From contig CBDCTH010000004.1 in the NCBI GenBank assembly GCA_965222155.1, forward strand, positions 64,001 through 128,000: 64,000 nt of DNA, written 5' to 3'. A program made the translations under genes and the position numbers. This document shows positions 23,768 to 34,261 of the stretch, piece after piece. This stretch comes from Gammaproteobacteria bacterium. GTDB lineage: Bacteria > Pseudomonadota > Gammaproteobacteria > Eutrophobiales > Eutrophobiaceae. How positions within the stretch are numbered: position 1 is the stretch's first letter; every line of letters starts with the position of its first letter. The notes under the pieces were generated by a model, which worked only from the letters and a program-made list of their open reading frames with translations, had not been told where the DNA came from and did no database searches.

Positions 23768-24127
23768 CTATTTGAACCCTTCATTATCCAGGTGATTTAA
23801 AAATTCATTCTCCGCCAACGGGATCATCCGATCATAAAATCGCTTATCCTTTTTACCGTCTTTACGTCCACCGCATAGCAAGACAGCACGTCGTTTTGGA
23901 TCAAAGGCATAAAAGACGCGGTAGGGTTTCCCGGCATGCTGAATTATCAACTCTTTCAGGTTCTTGACCGTACGTGTACCTTTCAAGGTATCCGCATAAG
24001 GCCGTGCCAGCCAGGGACCTGTCATCTCCAATACTTCAACCATTGCCAGTACGTCTTCCTGTTCCCCGTCCGTTAAAGCCAGAAACCACTTTTCATACTC
24101 CTCAGTGACCAGAATTTTCCATGTCAT
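23768..24127 (-). CDS. RelE/HigB (Gp49-like) toxin
   Basis: GPWLARPYADTLKG, RVFYAFDPKRRAVLLCGGRK. Confidence 0.88.
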   Translation of the reverse strand: MTWKILVTEEYEKWFLALTDGEQEDVLAMVEVLEMTGPWLARPYADTLKGTRTVKNLKELIIQHAGKPYRVFYAFDPKRRAVLLCGGRKDGKKDKRFYDRMIPLAENEFLNHLDNEGFK

Positions 24128-24249
24128 ATTGCATGCTCCCTACTCCATGGATAGAGCATACATTTAACATATATATTGTCAAATTATTGTCAGGGAATTG
24201 TCAGGCACTGTAGATAGCGCACGGGGCGAGATCATACTTTTGTCGTAAA

Positions 24250-24365
24250 CAATAGGGTTTGAAGCCAGGAGCGGAGTACCTTGCCTTGCGTTGAATCTCG
24301 ACGTTCTACCAATAGCACACCCGTTTCAAGTTCCAAAATTGTAATAACCGACAAGAAAAGACTCG
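24250..24365 (-). pseudogene. VapC/PIN internal relic
   Basis: Manual translation SLFLSVITILELETGVLLVERRDSTQGKVLRSWL. Confidence 0.7.
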
Positions 24366-24537
24366 TGGTTGAAACTTCATTGGACAAACCACGTTTTTTC
24401 TATCAAGCCAAAAGGCTCAATAATGAAAACGGTATCATGTATCTGGATACAAATGAGGATAAACTAACCATACACAATGCTTTACCAGACAGGTGGTTTA
24501 AGCTATTAAACTGAACTATCATCCGGAAACAGATTCA

Positions 24538-24615
24538 CTTGCAGTGGCAGAACTGACGTCGGAGTTTTCCCGGCAAGGTATATGCTGTGAGGTCGTAACG
24601 ATTCGTCGTTGTTAT
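24538..24615 (+). pseudogene. GT4 N-terminal relic preceding cassette copy 2
   Basis: AVAELTSEFSRQGICCEVVT vs AVAELTSELSRQGVGCEIVT of 38346-39533. Confidence 0.75.
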
Positions 24616-24643
24616 ACGCCAACATAGAGCAAAGCAGATCAAC

Positions 24644-26179
24644 ATGAATAGTAATGATGCGCGTGAGACCAGCCTGAGCGCGCGCACGCTGAGCGGGATT
24701 GGATGGTCTTATCTGTCTACTTTCATCAAGGCATTGTTGTCGTTGCTGGTCCTGGTGATCCTGGCCCGGTTGTTAACGCCGATTGACTTTGGGTTACTTG
24801 GTATTGCCTGGATTTTTATTATGTTGGGGGCTAGGTTCGGTCAGGCAGTCGTCGGTCCCGCAATAGTTCAACGGAGCGAGTTGACCGATCGTCATATTCA
24901 GGTCGGTTTTACGCTCTCAATGCTTATCGGCATTGTCATAATGGGTATAATCTGGTTGCTTGCGCCGCTTATCGGTGAGTTCTTCAAGGAAGCAATGGCA
25001 GCGCAGGTCCTCCAGGTGTTATCAGTGGTATTTGTTATTAATGGAGTGGGGGCTATACCTACTCACCTGCTGCGCCGTAATCTCCAATTTAAGCAATTGA
25101 TGGTGGCTGACATCCTGGCGTATTCGATTGGCTACGGATTTATAGCAGTAGTTCTGGCTTTTCAGGGATTTGGTGTATGGTCCCTGGTCTGGGGCGAGAT
25201 CATGCACAAGGTGATCCATACAGCCGTGGTAATCCGTTATTCTCCAGAGCATCTCCGGCCCCGCTGGGCGATTCGTGAGGCAACTGAGCTGCTCTCGCGT
25301 GGGGCCGGGTTTTCGTTAGCCGGGTTTTTTGAGTTCGTCGCCCGGCAAGGCGGTTACTTCGTCATCGGGCGGTGGCTGGGTGCTACCTCTCTCGGTTATT
25401 ACACTCGGGCTGACCGACTAATTCTTCTGCCGAGAAACTACGTCAGTCAGAGTTTATTCCAGGTCCTGTTTCCAGCCATGGCACAGAGACAGCAGGGAAC
25501 AGATCGTCTTGCAATCATTTACCTGCACGGCACCGAGATATTGTCATTGGTGGCATTGCCGGTTGGCGCCATGCTGTTTGTATGTGCCCCCGAGATTGTC
25601 TCGGTCATTCTGGGAGGACAGTGGGGTCCGGTTGTTATTCTGCTCCAGATTCTTGCATTTGCTGTTCTGTTCCAAATGTGTGACATCCTGAATATTGCAG
25701 CAGCAGGCGCAATCGGTGCAGTCTATCGTCAGGCCTGGCGACAAGGGGTACACGCTTTTCTTATTGTCGGCAGCGCCTGGTTCGCAAGTCGTTGGGGTCT
25801 GGAAGGCGTAGTGATTGCTATTGTCGGCGCCCAGGTTGTCGCTTATCTACTGTTGACACAATTGACAGTGTCGCTTTTAAAACTGCACTGGCGGCGTCTC
25901 CTGCGTTGCTGTCTGCCGGCGTTATGGGTCGGCGCCTGGGTTGTCATGACGCTGTGGCTGGCCGCCGGCCAGGTACGGGCTATGCACCTGTCTGCCGGGC
26001 TATCGCTGTTAATCGAGGTACTCATCTGGTCCGCGACAATTATAGCGGCGGTATATTACGCTCCATCATTCGCTCGTCCCTTGTCCGTTCCCTGGGCAAT
26101 GACGAATATACCCTTTGAGGTTTTGGGAACCACCGGACATTACTTTAAAAAGGGACTGAAATGGCTGTCACGAGATTAA
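24644..26179 (+). CDS. Wzx flippase (copy 2)
   Basis: Close paralog of 17630-19177. Confidence 0.9.
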   Translation: MNSNDARETSLSARTLSGIGWSYLSTFIKALLSLLVLVILARLLTPIDFGLLGIAWIFIMLGARFGQAVVGPAIVQRSELTDRHIQVGFTLSMLIGIVIMGIIWLLAPLIGEFFKEAMAAQVLQVLSVVFVINGVGAIPTHLLRRNLQFKQLMVADILAYSIGYGFIAVVLAFQGFGVWSLVWGEIMHKVIHTAVVIRYSPEHLRPRWAIREATELLSRGAGFSLAGFFEFVARQGGYFVIGRWLGATSLGYYTRADRLILLPRNYVSQSLFQVLFPAMAQRQQGTDRLAIIYLHGTEILSLVALPVGAMLFVCAPEIVSVILGGQWGPVVILLQILAFAVLFQMCDILNIAAAGAIGAVYRQAWRQGVHAFLIVGSAWFASRWGLEGVVIAIVGAQVVAYLLLTQLTVSLLKLHWRRLLRCCLPALWVGAWVVMTLWLAAGQVRAMHLSAGLSLLIEVLIWSATIIAAVYYAPSFARPLSVPWAMTNIPFEVLGTTGHYFKKGLKWLSRD

Positions 26180-26278
26180 CCCGATTATTGACATCAATGC
26201 CGGAACAGTCATACTTTGTATCTCATTACGTGGTGGTCGTGGAAAGTCTTGATACCTGAATCATCTGGTCAAAAAAGC

Positions 26279-26935
26279 ATGAACGAAAGCATTGTCGTGC
26301 GTGACGGATATAAACGCGTCTTCGACCTGGCGCTTATTATTATCGCCTATATCCTGCTGTTTCCCCTGTGGCTGATCGTTTGGGTTGTGGTGCCCCTTGC
26401 CATCTGGCTGGAGGATCGCGGGCCGGTTTTCTATGCGCAAGAACGGATCGGCAGGCAGGGAAAGCATTTCAAAGTCCTCAAGTTTCGCACGATGATACCG
26501 GATGCCGAGAGTCAGACCGGGCAGGTTTGGGCGGCGGAAGACGACCCGCGCTTAACAAAAGTCGGAAAGTTGTTACGCAGGTTGCATTTTGACGAGATAC
26601 CGCAGGTCATAAATATCGTAAGGGGTGAGATGAGCTTGGTGGGACCGCGACCCGAACGCCCGGCTCTGGCCGAACAGTTCAACCGTGAAGTGCCGGGATT
26701 TTCCGAACGTCTCAGGGTCAGGCCGGGTATCGCAGGCTTGGCCCAGGTGCGCGGCAGTTATTGGACGGATCCAAGTTACAAGCTGAAGTACGACAACCTG
26801 TATATTGAAACAATGAACCCCTGGCTGGACATCAAGCTGCTCTTTCTTGCCGTTTGGGTTGCCATCAAACGCGTGCTCAGTGGTTCGGAAGTCTCTGTCA
26901 TTGAAGCCAGCGGTGAGGAAGGTCAAACCCAGTGA
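26279..26935 (+). CDS. Sugar phosphotransferase (copy 2)
   Basis: Close paralog of 19263-19910. Confidence 0.9.
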   Translation: MNESIVVRDGYKRVFDLALIIIAYILLFPLWLIVWVVVPLAIWLEDRGPVFYAQERIGRQGKHFKVLKFRTMIPDAESQTGQVWAAEDDPRLTKVGKLLRRLHFDEIPQVINIVRGEMSLVGPRPERPALAEQFNREVPGFSERLRVRPGIAGLAQVRGSYWTDPSYKLKYDNLYIETMNPWLDIKLLFLAVWVAIKRVLSGSEVSVIEASGEEGQTQ

Positions 26936-26960
26936 GAGGGCGAAGCGTGGAGGTAGACAC

Positions 26961-27809
26961 TTGGCGACTGAACAGATGCAGGGCCAACAAGTCACCGTTT
27001 CAATTGTAATCCTGACCTGGAATTCTGAGCGGCAGATTGAGGCGTGTTTAGCCTCCCTGGCTCAGGGATTGAGCGCGTTTCCTTCCGAGATCATTGTGAT
27101 AGACAATGACTCACAGGATGAGACCCGTGCCGTCGTCAAAAAAACCTGGCCCCAGGTGCAGTTGGTGTGTAACACGGAAAACCGTGGTGTTGCCCCTGCC
27201 CGTAACCAGGGTATACGCTTGGCTAGTGGAGAATACGTCGTTATCCTGGATGACGACACGGTTGTACAGCCGGGGGCTTTGGACTGCCTCATCCGCTATA
27301 TGGAGGACCAGCCTGAGGTAGGTTTGTGCGGACCTAAACTGACTGACGCTGACGGAGAATTGCAGTTGTCGTGCCGGTGGTTTCCGACCCTGGTCGATAA
27401 ACTGGCCCGACGTCTGCCCTTAGCCGCGGCCCGGAAAGTGACTAGCAAAGTGGAAATGGCGGACTGGGACCACCAGACGATTCGCGCGGTAGATTACGTG
27501 ATCGGCGCCTGCCAGGTCATTCGTCGCCGTGCTTTACAGGAGGTGGGACCGTTTGACGAGCGCATCTTTTATGGTCCGGAAGACGTCGATCTGTGTCTGC
27601 GGTTGCAACAGGCCGGCTGGCAGGTAATGTATAACCCCGATGCTGTCGTTGTGCATAAAGAGCGGCGGCTGACCCGCTCGCTACAGTCTGACCTGATGTG
27701 GAAACACGTATGGGGACTCGGCTATTTTTTCTGGAAGCACGGCTACTTGCTGTCCCGCCGACGGCTGTACGCGCAGCTTGCCCAGTCCAGGCCGTCCGGT
27801 CAGGCTTAA
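26961..27809 (+). CDS. GT2 glycosyltransferase (copy 2, intact)
   Basis: IVIDNDSQD, LDDD, GPEDVDLC; RBS ggagg before TTG start. Confidence 0.88.
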   Translation: MATEQMQGQQVTVSIVILTWNSERQIEACLASLAQGLSAFPSEIIVIDNDSQDETRAVVKKTWPQVQLVCNTENRGVAPARNQGIRLASGEYVVILDDDTVVQPGALDCLIRYMEDQPEVGLCGPKLTDADGELQLSCRWFPTLVDKLARRLPLAAARKVTSKVEMADWDHQTIRAVDYVIGACQVIRRRALQEVGPFDERIFYGPEDVDLCLRLQQAGWQVMYNPDAVVVHKERRLTRSLQSDLMWKHVWGLGYFFWKHGYLLSRRRLYAQLAQSRPSGQA

Positions 27810-27964
27810 AGGGGTTACCAGAGGTAGTGAATGTCGTATTGGTCGAAAAGCGTCTCAATTACTGGCATGATGATATTGCACTTTGCTTATTCTTCCCTAC
27901 ACTGTACAAGGAACCGCTGACAGCGGCTGATTTAACCCGACTTTAACACCCACTCACCAGACCA

Positions 27965-28888
27965 TTGAACCAAAGTAATCCAGTCGATTTTCTCGTTGTT
28001 GGCGCCGCAAAATCAGGAACAACGACTTTGTTCGAGACTCTTAGTAAGCACCCTGGGATTTTTATTCCACAGCGTAAAGAGTGTCGATATTTTTCTTGTA
28101 CTCTTGGCGAGTTCGCAGGGCCAGGGCTGCAATATGCAGATAATGTAATTCGATCCTTAGAAGAGTATCGACGTCTGTTTAAAAAGGCCAAACCGGCTCA
28201 GCTCTGTGGGGATATTTCACCTGACTACCTGTATTATTACCAGAATGCCGTCCCCAAAATTCTTAACGAAACAAATGCGCAGATCCCGATTATTATCGTT
28301 TTGCGCAATCCCATAGACCGGGCACATTCAAGTTACCTCTACCATGTACGCGATGGGCGGGAGAGATTGAGTTTTGAAGATGCCCTGAATGCGGAAGAAG
28401 AACGCCGTGCTGCAAATTGGGCTTGGGGGTGGTTATATGTGGCTGGTGGGTTATACGCTGAACAGGTCAAGGCATATACCGACAATTTTGAGCGGGTTTT
28501 ACTTCTTTTGTTTGAAGAAGACATTGTAACGGGGCAGGCAGCAGAAAAGATTTTGAATTTCTTAAATCTCGATTTTCTCCCGGAAGACCTGGGTAATATA
28601 CACGAAAATGTTTCAGGTTATCCCAAAAATCGTCTGTTGCATCGGGTGACTACGCGAGTTATGGTGGATGAATTGATCGTCAGAAAAGTCAAGAATGCGA
28701 TCAAGGCGACTCCATTATATGCCGGCTCAAGGCGAATTTACCGAAAAATACTGGAAGCAAATTTGAAAAAGGAAGAAATGGCCACAAAGACGAGGGAGAT
28801 GCTCAAAGAAAAGTTTCAGGGAGATGTGGCCCTGTTGGCAGAGCGAACTAAACTTCCCGTTCAAAAGTTCTGGACGGATTTTCAATGA
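27965..28888 (+). CDS. PAPS-dependent sulfotransferase (intact)
   Basis: 5'-PSB GAAKSGTT, 3'-PB LRNPIDRAHS. Confidence 0.9.
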   Translation: MNQSNPVDFLVVGAAKSGTTTLFETLSKHPGIFIPQRKECRYFSCTLGEFAGPGLQYADNVIRSLEEYRRLFKKAKPAQLCGDISPDYLYYYQNAVPKILNETNAQIPIIIVLRNPIDRAHSSYLYHVRDGRERLSFEDALNAEEERRAANWAWGWLYVAGGLYAEQVKAYTDNFERVLLLLFEEDIVTGQAAEKILNFLNLDFLPEDLGNIHENVSGYPKNRLLHRVTTRVMVDELIVRKVKNAIKATPLYAGSRRIYRKILEANLKKEEMATKTREMLKEKFQGDVALLAERTKLPVQKFWTDFQ

Positions 28889-29005
28889 GTAGTCCCCTTC
28901 TATTTGCGCTCAAGATCACCCTCAAGCCGTACGATACCGTCTTCGCCGGGATACTCCCGTAGCTGCACCAGACCGATCGAACGTGGTGAAATCGGTATAC
29001 TGGGG

Positions 29006-29168
29006 CATCCAGGGTCAGACCAGTATAAAAAGTATAACTGTTTGATTTTAATTGATAATCCGTCTGTACATGACCTTTTCAAATCGTTAGAACACGCGTT
29101 TTATTACGAAAAAAGACATTGTAAGAAATGTCACTTGCTTAACATGATATTTTCCGCCGTGAAAACCC
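29006..29168. repeat. ~245-bp REPIN/MITE-like element, copy A (3' truncated)
   Basis: Near-identical to copies at 31339, 33046, 45545, 52105. Confidence 0.9.
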
Positions 29169-29292
29169 AGTACTTGTTTGAACCAGAAAGGACATTTATA
29201 CTCCACATATACACGCGTCAAACGCGAATCTGCAATGGCCACAAGCTCAGACTGTAAGCGAAAGATAGGAATCATGGTATGCTTGGACTATT

Positions 29293-29763
29293 ATGCCCTG
29301 GAAGACAAGAGGGACAAGCACCCGACCGAGAAATGTTGGAGAATTGGTGATGGATGAGAAAGATAGCGCAGTCAATCAGAAGGCCGAGAGCACAAATAGA
29401 GTCTTTGCAGAATTCTTTAATAAAATTACTGATCGGTTTGTGCCAGCTACCTCCGAAGACGACAATGCCTCTTCATGGATAAGGTATGGTGTAACACCTC
29501 TGGGATTGTTTGTTTGGTGTGCCTACGCGTATTTATACGTGAAAATTGCCAGCGTAACAGAGAATCAAAATGATATGCTATTTAAAGAACTTCCACCTGA
29601 CTGGGCAGGATCAACCTCAGTAGTTCTTTGGAGTATGGCCATCATGCTGTGGTTTTTGATAGGTAAGAGCTTTAAACGTGGGCAAGCACTGACCTTCTTT
29701 TTCTACGGTCTGATTTTCCCCACGTTAGCCTTGCAAATTCTGAGGTTCGCATTCCCATCGTAA
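29293..29763 (+). CDS. Hypothetical membrane protein (~3 TM)
   Basis: ORF with hydrophobic segments; start may be 29350. Confidence 0.55.
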   Translation: MPWKTRGTSTRPRNVGELVMDEKDSAVNQKAESTNRVFAEFFNKITDRFVPATSEDDNASSWIRYGVTPLGLFVWCAYAYLYVKIASVTENQNDMLFKELPPDWAGSTSVVLWSMAIMLWFLIGKSFKRGQALTFFFYGLIFPTLALQILRFAFPS

Positions 29764-29778
29764 TGAGGCTCCGGACAA

Positions 29779-30396
29779 ATGAATATATGGGCAACACAGG
29801 TATTAGTATTAATGATGGTCCTAGGTTGGACAGCACAAGTCGTTTCCCAAGGCAAACGCGATAATGCAATAGATACGGAATACAGTGCCCAACTCGCCAA
29901 CGCCAAACCGAACGATGTTGATCGTGCGACGCTTCCCAGAAAACTGCTTTGGGCGGGAATCTCATTGATCAATCCTGACGAGCGATACAAGCTTGTCCCT
30001 CTATTCGGTTATTCCATTTCCAATTTGGATGAAAAATGGTCAGAAGAACATTTGGGCAATGTGCTGGCTAAGGTAGAGGCGGGCAGTGTCCGTCTTGCCA
30101 TACTGAAACTAGATGCAGTTGCATCAGATTCTGGGAACACTTATAAAGGGCAGGGCATCCAAGTCAGCAGTAAAAAAAACAGTAATTTCCCAGTATATAC
30201 TCAGGCACAGGTGTCCAATTTCCTGAAGGCTAATAGCATAGATATAAGTTATAAAGACATGATCGCATTCAGCCAACCCCTTAGCGATGTGGATTTCAAG
30301 GAAGAATTCATTGCCAATTCAACTCTCTGGGCCAACGATAGCAGTGTGCGTCTACCTGACAAGGATACGGCTTCTACATCATTAGTAAAAAAATAA
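29779..30396 (+). CDS. Hypothetical secreted protein
   Basis: Signal-peptide-like N-terminus; follows the membrane protein by 15 bp. Confidence 0.6.
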   Translation: MNIWATQVLVLMMVLGWTAQVVSQGKRDNAIDTEYSAQLANAKPNDVDRATLPRKLLWAGISLINPDERYKLVPLFGYSISNLDEKWSEEHLGNVLAKVEAGSVRLAILKLDAVASDSGNTYKGQGIQVSSKKNSNFPVYTQAQVSNFLKANSIDISYKDMIAFSQPLSDVDFKEEFIANSTLWANDSSVRLPDKDTASTSLVKK

Positions 30397-30743
30397 GAAG
30401 ATACCTGTTAGGCGGATTCAAGTCATAAGTGCAACAAGTGGTTTGGTATTGTTCTGAACCAGCTCAGCGAATACCTCCCACGGGGTCTTAAACCCCAAAC
30501 TTATACGCAAAATTAATGTCTTTTGCTATCAGATACAAAAGTATGCGTTTGCCCTGCTTTACCGGCCCGAATCCCGGAACGTTCTGCACCATGGCGTACT
30601 TTATGGTATTATCAAGTTTGCGCCGCGAACGCGTGTTTCTTCGTTCAAATGTCATTTATTAGTAGTGGGCAGGGAGCAGTTATGTGTAAGTGTGTTAGTC
30701 AAACCAGGATGACCTGTAATTATAAGCAAAGGAGTTCAACACA

Positions 30744-31061
30744 ATGCAACTACTCATAGAATCTATGGCAATTATCATACCCTTGACCGCGATCATGGTG
30801 ACGCTGTTTTCCTGGTTGCGTCAGGACATCAGGGCACAAGGTGATCGTCTCGATAGACGCATCGACGAACAGGGCAAGGAGATCAGGACGCAAGGTGATC
30901 GTCTTAATGAACGCGTCGACGAACAGGGCAAGGATGTCAAGATTCTGATCGCTGACATATCCGCCCTGAAAGCCACGCTGGAAACTTTCTTCCGACTGCG
31001 CGTGGACCCGCCCCAGCCACCGGACAATACTAACCCTGATCAGGTCAGCAAGGTCGCATGA
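30744..31061 (+). CDS. Small TM-anchored coiled-coil protein with an 18-aa tandem repeat
   Basis: RBS aggag; 54-bp repeat IRAQGDRLDRRIDEQGKE/IRTQGDRLNERVDEQGKD. Confidence 0.7.
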   Translation: MQLLIESMAIIIPLTAIMVTLFSWLRQDIRAQGDRLDRRIDEQGKEIRTQGDRLNERVDEQGKDVKILIADISALKATLETFFRLRVDPPQPPDNTNPDQVSKVA

Positions 31062-31157
31062 ACGACATTCCCGTCGTACAGCACCACTATAAGGTATCTA
31101 AGTCCGATGCCTCTGTCGCACTCATACGTGTACTGAGTAGCGGTCTGGTTACGCCGC

Positions 31158-31218
31158 TGAACCGGAATCGGTGTTCACCTTCAACCGGAATCAGTGTTCA
31201 TCTTCACCGGAATACGCA
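31158..31218. mobile_element. Orphan IS21-family end
   Basis: Repeats ccggaatcRgtgttca ending ccggaatacgca; same as 48241-48276 and complementary to the end at 54109. Confidence 0.75.
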
Positions 31219-31245
31219 GTCCTGGCGGTAGAAGTCGCTCAGGCG

Positions 31246-31581
31246 CATCCAGGGTCAGACCAGCATAAAAAGTATAACTGTTTGATTTTAATTGATAATC
31301 CGTCTGTACATGACCTTTTCCAATCGTTAATGGCAGTGCATCCAGGGTCAGACCAGTATAAAAACTATAACTGTTTGATTTTAATTGATAATCCGTCTAT
31401 ACATGACCTTTTCCAATCGTTAGAACACGCGTTTTATTACGAAAAAAGACATTGTAAGAAATGTCACTTGCTTAACATGATATTTTCCGCCGTGAAAACC
31501 CTGTTCTAATCCTTAAAACGGCGCGCTATTGAGAATTTTATCCTCTATAATCATAGAGTTATATTGGTCCGACCCCCTCGT
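31246..31581. repeat. REPIN-like element: partial copy (31246-31329) plus full copy B (31339-31581)
   Basis: Direct sequence identity. Confidence 0.9.
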
Positions 31582-31781
31582 GTCGTCGTATCACTGCAGC
31601 CTGCAAGTTGTACACTGGGCGACTATATCAGGCACTCAAGAGTTTCCGCACCGGTGTGGTCATCGCACCTGCGGTCTGATGTGATTTAACATAGATAATT
31701 GCACGTTACGTGAGAATTTGCGAAAAATTTACGAATAATGCTATAATTGTGTCATCTAAATGCCCCAAAAGGAATAAGCCA

Positions 31782-33068
31782 ATGCTGTTACGTTTTGCTG
31801 TAGCAAATCACCTTTCCATTCGCGAGAGTCAGGAATTGTCCTTCGCTGCATCTTCGTTGAGAGACCGAGGCGATGGGCTAATTGACTGCAAAGCGGTGCA
31901 GAGCGGGTCAGTTTTGCCCGCGATAGTGATCTATGGCGCCAATGCATCAGGCAAATCCAATATCGTGAATGCAATAGCCGCCATGATGAAAATGGTATTG
32001 AGGTCGCATACCCAGGGTGAACCCGGTGGTGGCGTACCACGCCATGCATTTAAGCTTGATTCAACTTGTTCGCAAACCCCGTCCAGATTCGAAATCGACT
32101 TCGTCATCGATGACGTAAGATACCATTATGGATTTGAAACAACGGATGAAGTTTTTGCTGCGGAGTGGCTGTACACTTTTCCCAAATCACATCGCAGAAA
32201 GATGTTCGAGCGCGACAACAGCGAATTTGAATTTGGACGCTGGTTGAGAGGGCAGAACAATAATATTGCTGGATTGACTAGACCCAATAGCCTATTTTTA
32301 TCAGCTGCCGCACAGAATGGTCATGAGCAGTTATCAAAAATATACGAATATTTTAGGTCAATTAAGTTTGCTAGTACGATTTCAATACCAGGTATAGAGG
32401 CTTCAGCGCGATTTGTAGGAGATGACCCAGATTCACGGGTGATCGATTTCTTAGCATCGATCAATACTGGGGTTATTGGTTACCAAAAAAGGACAGATGA
32501 AATTTCGGAAAAAGATCGAGCAATACGTCGAGAGCTAATCGCTATAGTTGAAAAGTTTTCAGATGGTCCTATAAAATTTGAACCCGACGAGGATGATAAG
32601 CATGTTGCTATTGAACTGGCTCATCGTGGTCGGCAGGGAGAGTCGGTTTATCTTGACTTAGATTCGGAAAGCGCTGGTACACGGCGGTTATTGATAGTGC
32701 TTGGCCTGGTATACCAAGCATTGGATAAGGGTGTCCCGCTATGCGTAGACGAAGTGGATGCCAGTCTGCATACCCATGCTAGTGAAGCGATATTGAAGTT
32801 ATTCTGCCTACCAGAGATAAATCAAAGCGGTGCGCAGCTTATTGCTACAACTCACGATACTAACTTAATGAAATCGTCAGTATTGAGACGCGATCAACTT
32901 TGGTTTACTGAAAAGACCTCGGAGGGAGCTACGGAGCTTTATCCGCTAACGGATATTCGAACGCGCAAGGGCGACAATATTGAATTAGGGTATTTGCAAG
33001 GCCGATTTGGAGCGCTTCCAAGTGACGACATAACATTGGAGCAGGCATCCAGGGTCAGACCAGCATAA
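31782..33068 (+). CDS. AAA_21/RloA-like ABC ATPase; C-terminal residues supplied by the repeat
   Basis: YGANASGKS, ESAGTRR, VDEVDASLH, TTHDT, LRRDQLWFTEK, YLQGRFGA. Confidence 0.88.
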   Translation: MLLRFAVANHLSIRESQELSFAASSLRDRGDGLIDCKAVQSGSVLPAIVIYGANASGKSNIVNAIAAMMKMVLRSHTQGEPGGGVPRHAFKLDSTCSQTPSRFEIDFVIDDVRYHYGFETTDEVFAAEWLYTFPKSHRRKMFERDNSEFEFGRWLRGQNNNIAGLTRPNSLFLSAAAQNGHEQLSKIYEYFRSIKFASTISIPGIEASARFVGDDPDSRVIDFLASINTGVIGYQKRTDEISEKDRAIRRELIAIVEKFSDGPIKFEPDEDDKHVAIELAHRGRQGESVYLDLDSESAGTRRLLIVLGLVYQALDKGVPLCVDEVDASLHTHASEAILKLFCLPEINQSGAQLIATTHDTNLMKSSVLRRDQLWFTEKTSEGATELYPLTDIRTRKGDNIELGYLQGRFGALPSDDITLEQASRVRPA

Positions 33069-33298
33069 AAAGCGCTGAAGTATAACTGTTTGATTTTAAT
33101 TGATAATCCGTCTGTACATGACCTTTTCCAATCGTTAGAACACGCGTTTTATTACGAAAAAAGACACTGTAAGAAATGTCACTTGCTTAACATGATATTT
33201 TCCGCCGTGAAAACCCTGTTCTAATCCTTAAAACAGCGCGCTATTGAGAATTTTATCCTCTATAATCATAGAGTTATATTGGTCCGACCCCCTCGTAT
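33046..33298. repeat. REPIN-like element copy C
   Basis: Direct identity; 8-bp internal insertion. Confidence 0.9.
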
Positions 33299-33460
33299 GC
33301 CGGTGCAGTTTTCGTCGATCAGATCGCGGTATTGCTGATTGGCCGCCGTAGTGACTGCGTAAAACTTGCGAGCGGGGCGAGTGTGGGTATAGTCGGCGAA
33401 GAGCCGGTCGTGGAATTGAGCTTCTCGTTGCAGGCGGGTATCTTTATCAAAATCAATCAC
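33299..33460 (-). pseudogene. N-terminal relic, probably of a class I SAM methyltransferase, cut by the repeat
   Basis: RLQREAQFHDRLF...RKFYAV; overlaps the Uma2 gene end; runs into the repeat. Confidence 0.45.
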
Positions 33461-34229
33461 CGGGTTCTCTATCAGAATCAGGCGCTACATAGATGTTTTG
33501 TTTTTGGAGGACTTTTATGATTGTCTGCTGGTAATCTTTTGATGAACTGAGTTTTGGGTCTTGAAAAGCTAATAAACCAGCTTCTACGTCTTTATTCCGC
33601 AAGCCAGGTAATACGCCGGATATGGCCAAAGTGCGTGGCTCAGGATGTTGTAATGCCAGAAAGGTTACCGTTATTAATTCATTGCGGTTTTTATTTTGAT
33701 TAACCTGCCAATGTTCTGCTACACCTAATTCGCGATATTGGGCCTGCTTACCTTTATCGATGGATGTAATCCCGACTTCTACTACCAGATCCGGGGCGTG
33801 GTTAAGAACAAAGTTATCGCCAGCCTGTACACTATGCGCTCTAGCAAGTCGATACGCGCGGGCTTTTGGCCCGAGGTAATAACAGCAATCAGGTTCCAGG
33901 CCCGTATTCTCTGGATCGTTTGAACGGCGCCATCGATTTGCACGCAAAGCACTTCTTGATATAGAAAATTCGTCTACTACGGCTTTGATAAGGGTATCTA
34001 TGTCTTCTGCGAGTTGTTCGTGTGTTGCGCTGGGTGACATCAACATAACCAGGCCACGTACTGGATCTAATATTACCCGTCGAAAGACCTTCTCAAGCGG
34101 TAAACGAGCCAGGTTTAGCACCAGATCTTTATTCGCCAGGAAAGCGACGTACTCAGAATCCAACGAGTTTTTTCTGTGGACAAGTTCTGCTAAGTCGTCA
34201 ACATTAATGGTTGTAGTTGTTAAATTCAT
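33453..34229 (-). CDS. Uma2-family (PD-(D/E)XK-like) endonuclease
   Basis: MSPSATHE, GLEPDCCYY, PDLVVEVGITS, YRELGVAEHW. Confidence 0.85.
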   Translation of the reverse strand: MNLTTTTINVDDLAELVHRKNSLDSEYVAFLANKDLVLNLARLPLEKVFRRVILDPVRGLVMLMSPSATHEQLAEDIDTLIKAVVDEFSISRSALRANRWRRSNDPENTGLEPDCCYYLGPKARAYRLARAHSVQAGDNFVLNHAPDLVVEVGITSIDKGKQAQYRELGVAEHWQVNQNKNRNELITVTFLALQHPEPRTLAISGVLPGLRNKDVEAGLLAFQDPKLSSSKDYQQTIIKVLQKQNIYVAPDSDREPGD

Positions 34230-34261
34230 GGTGGTAATTCCTTAGTTGTAATGTGTACATC

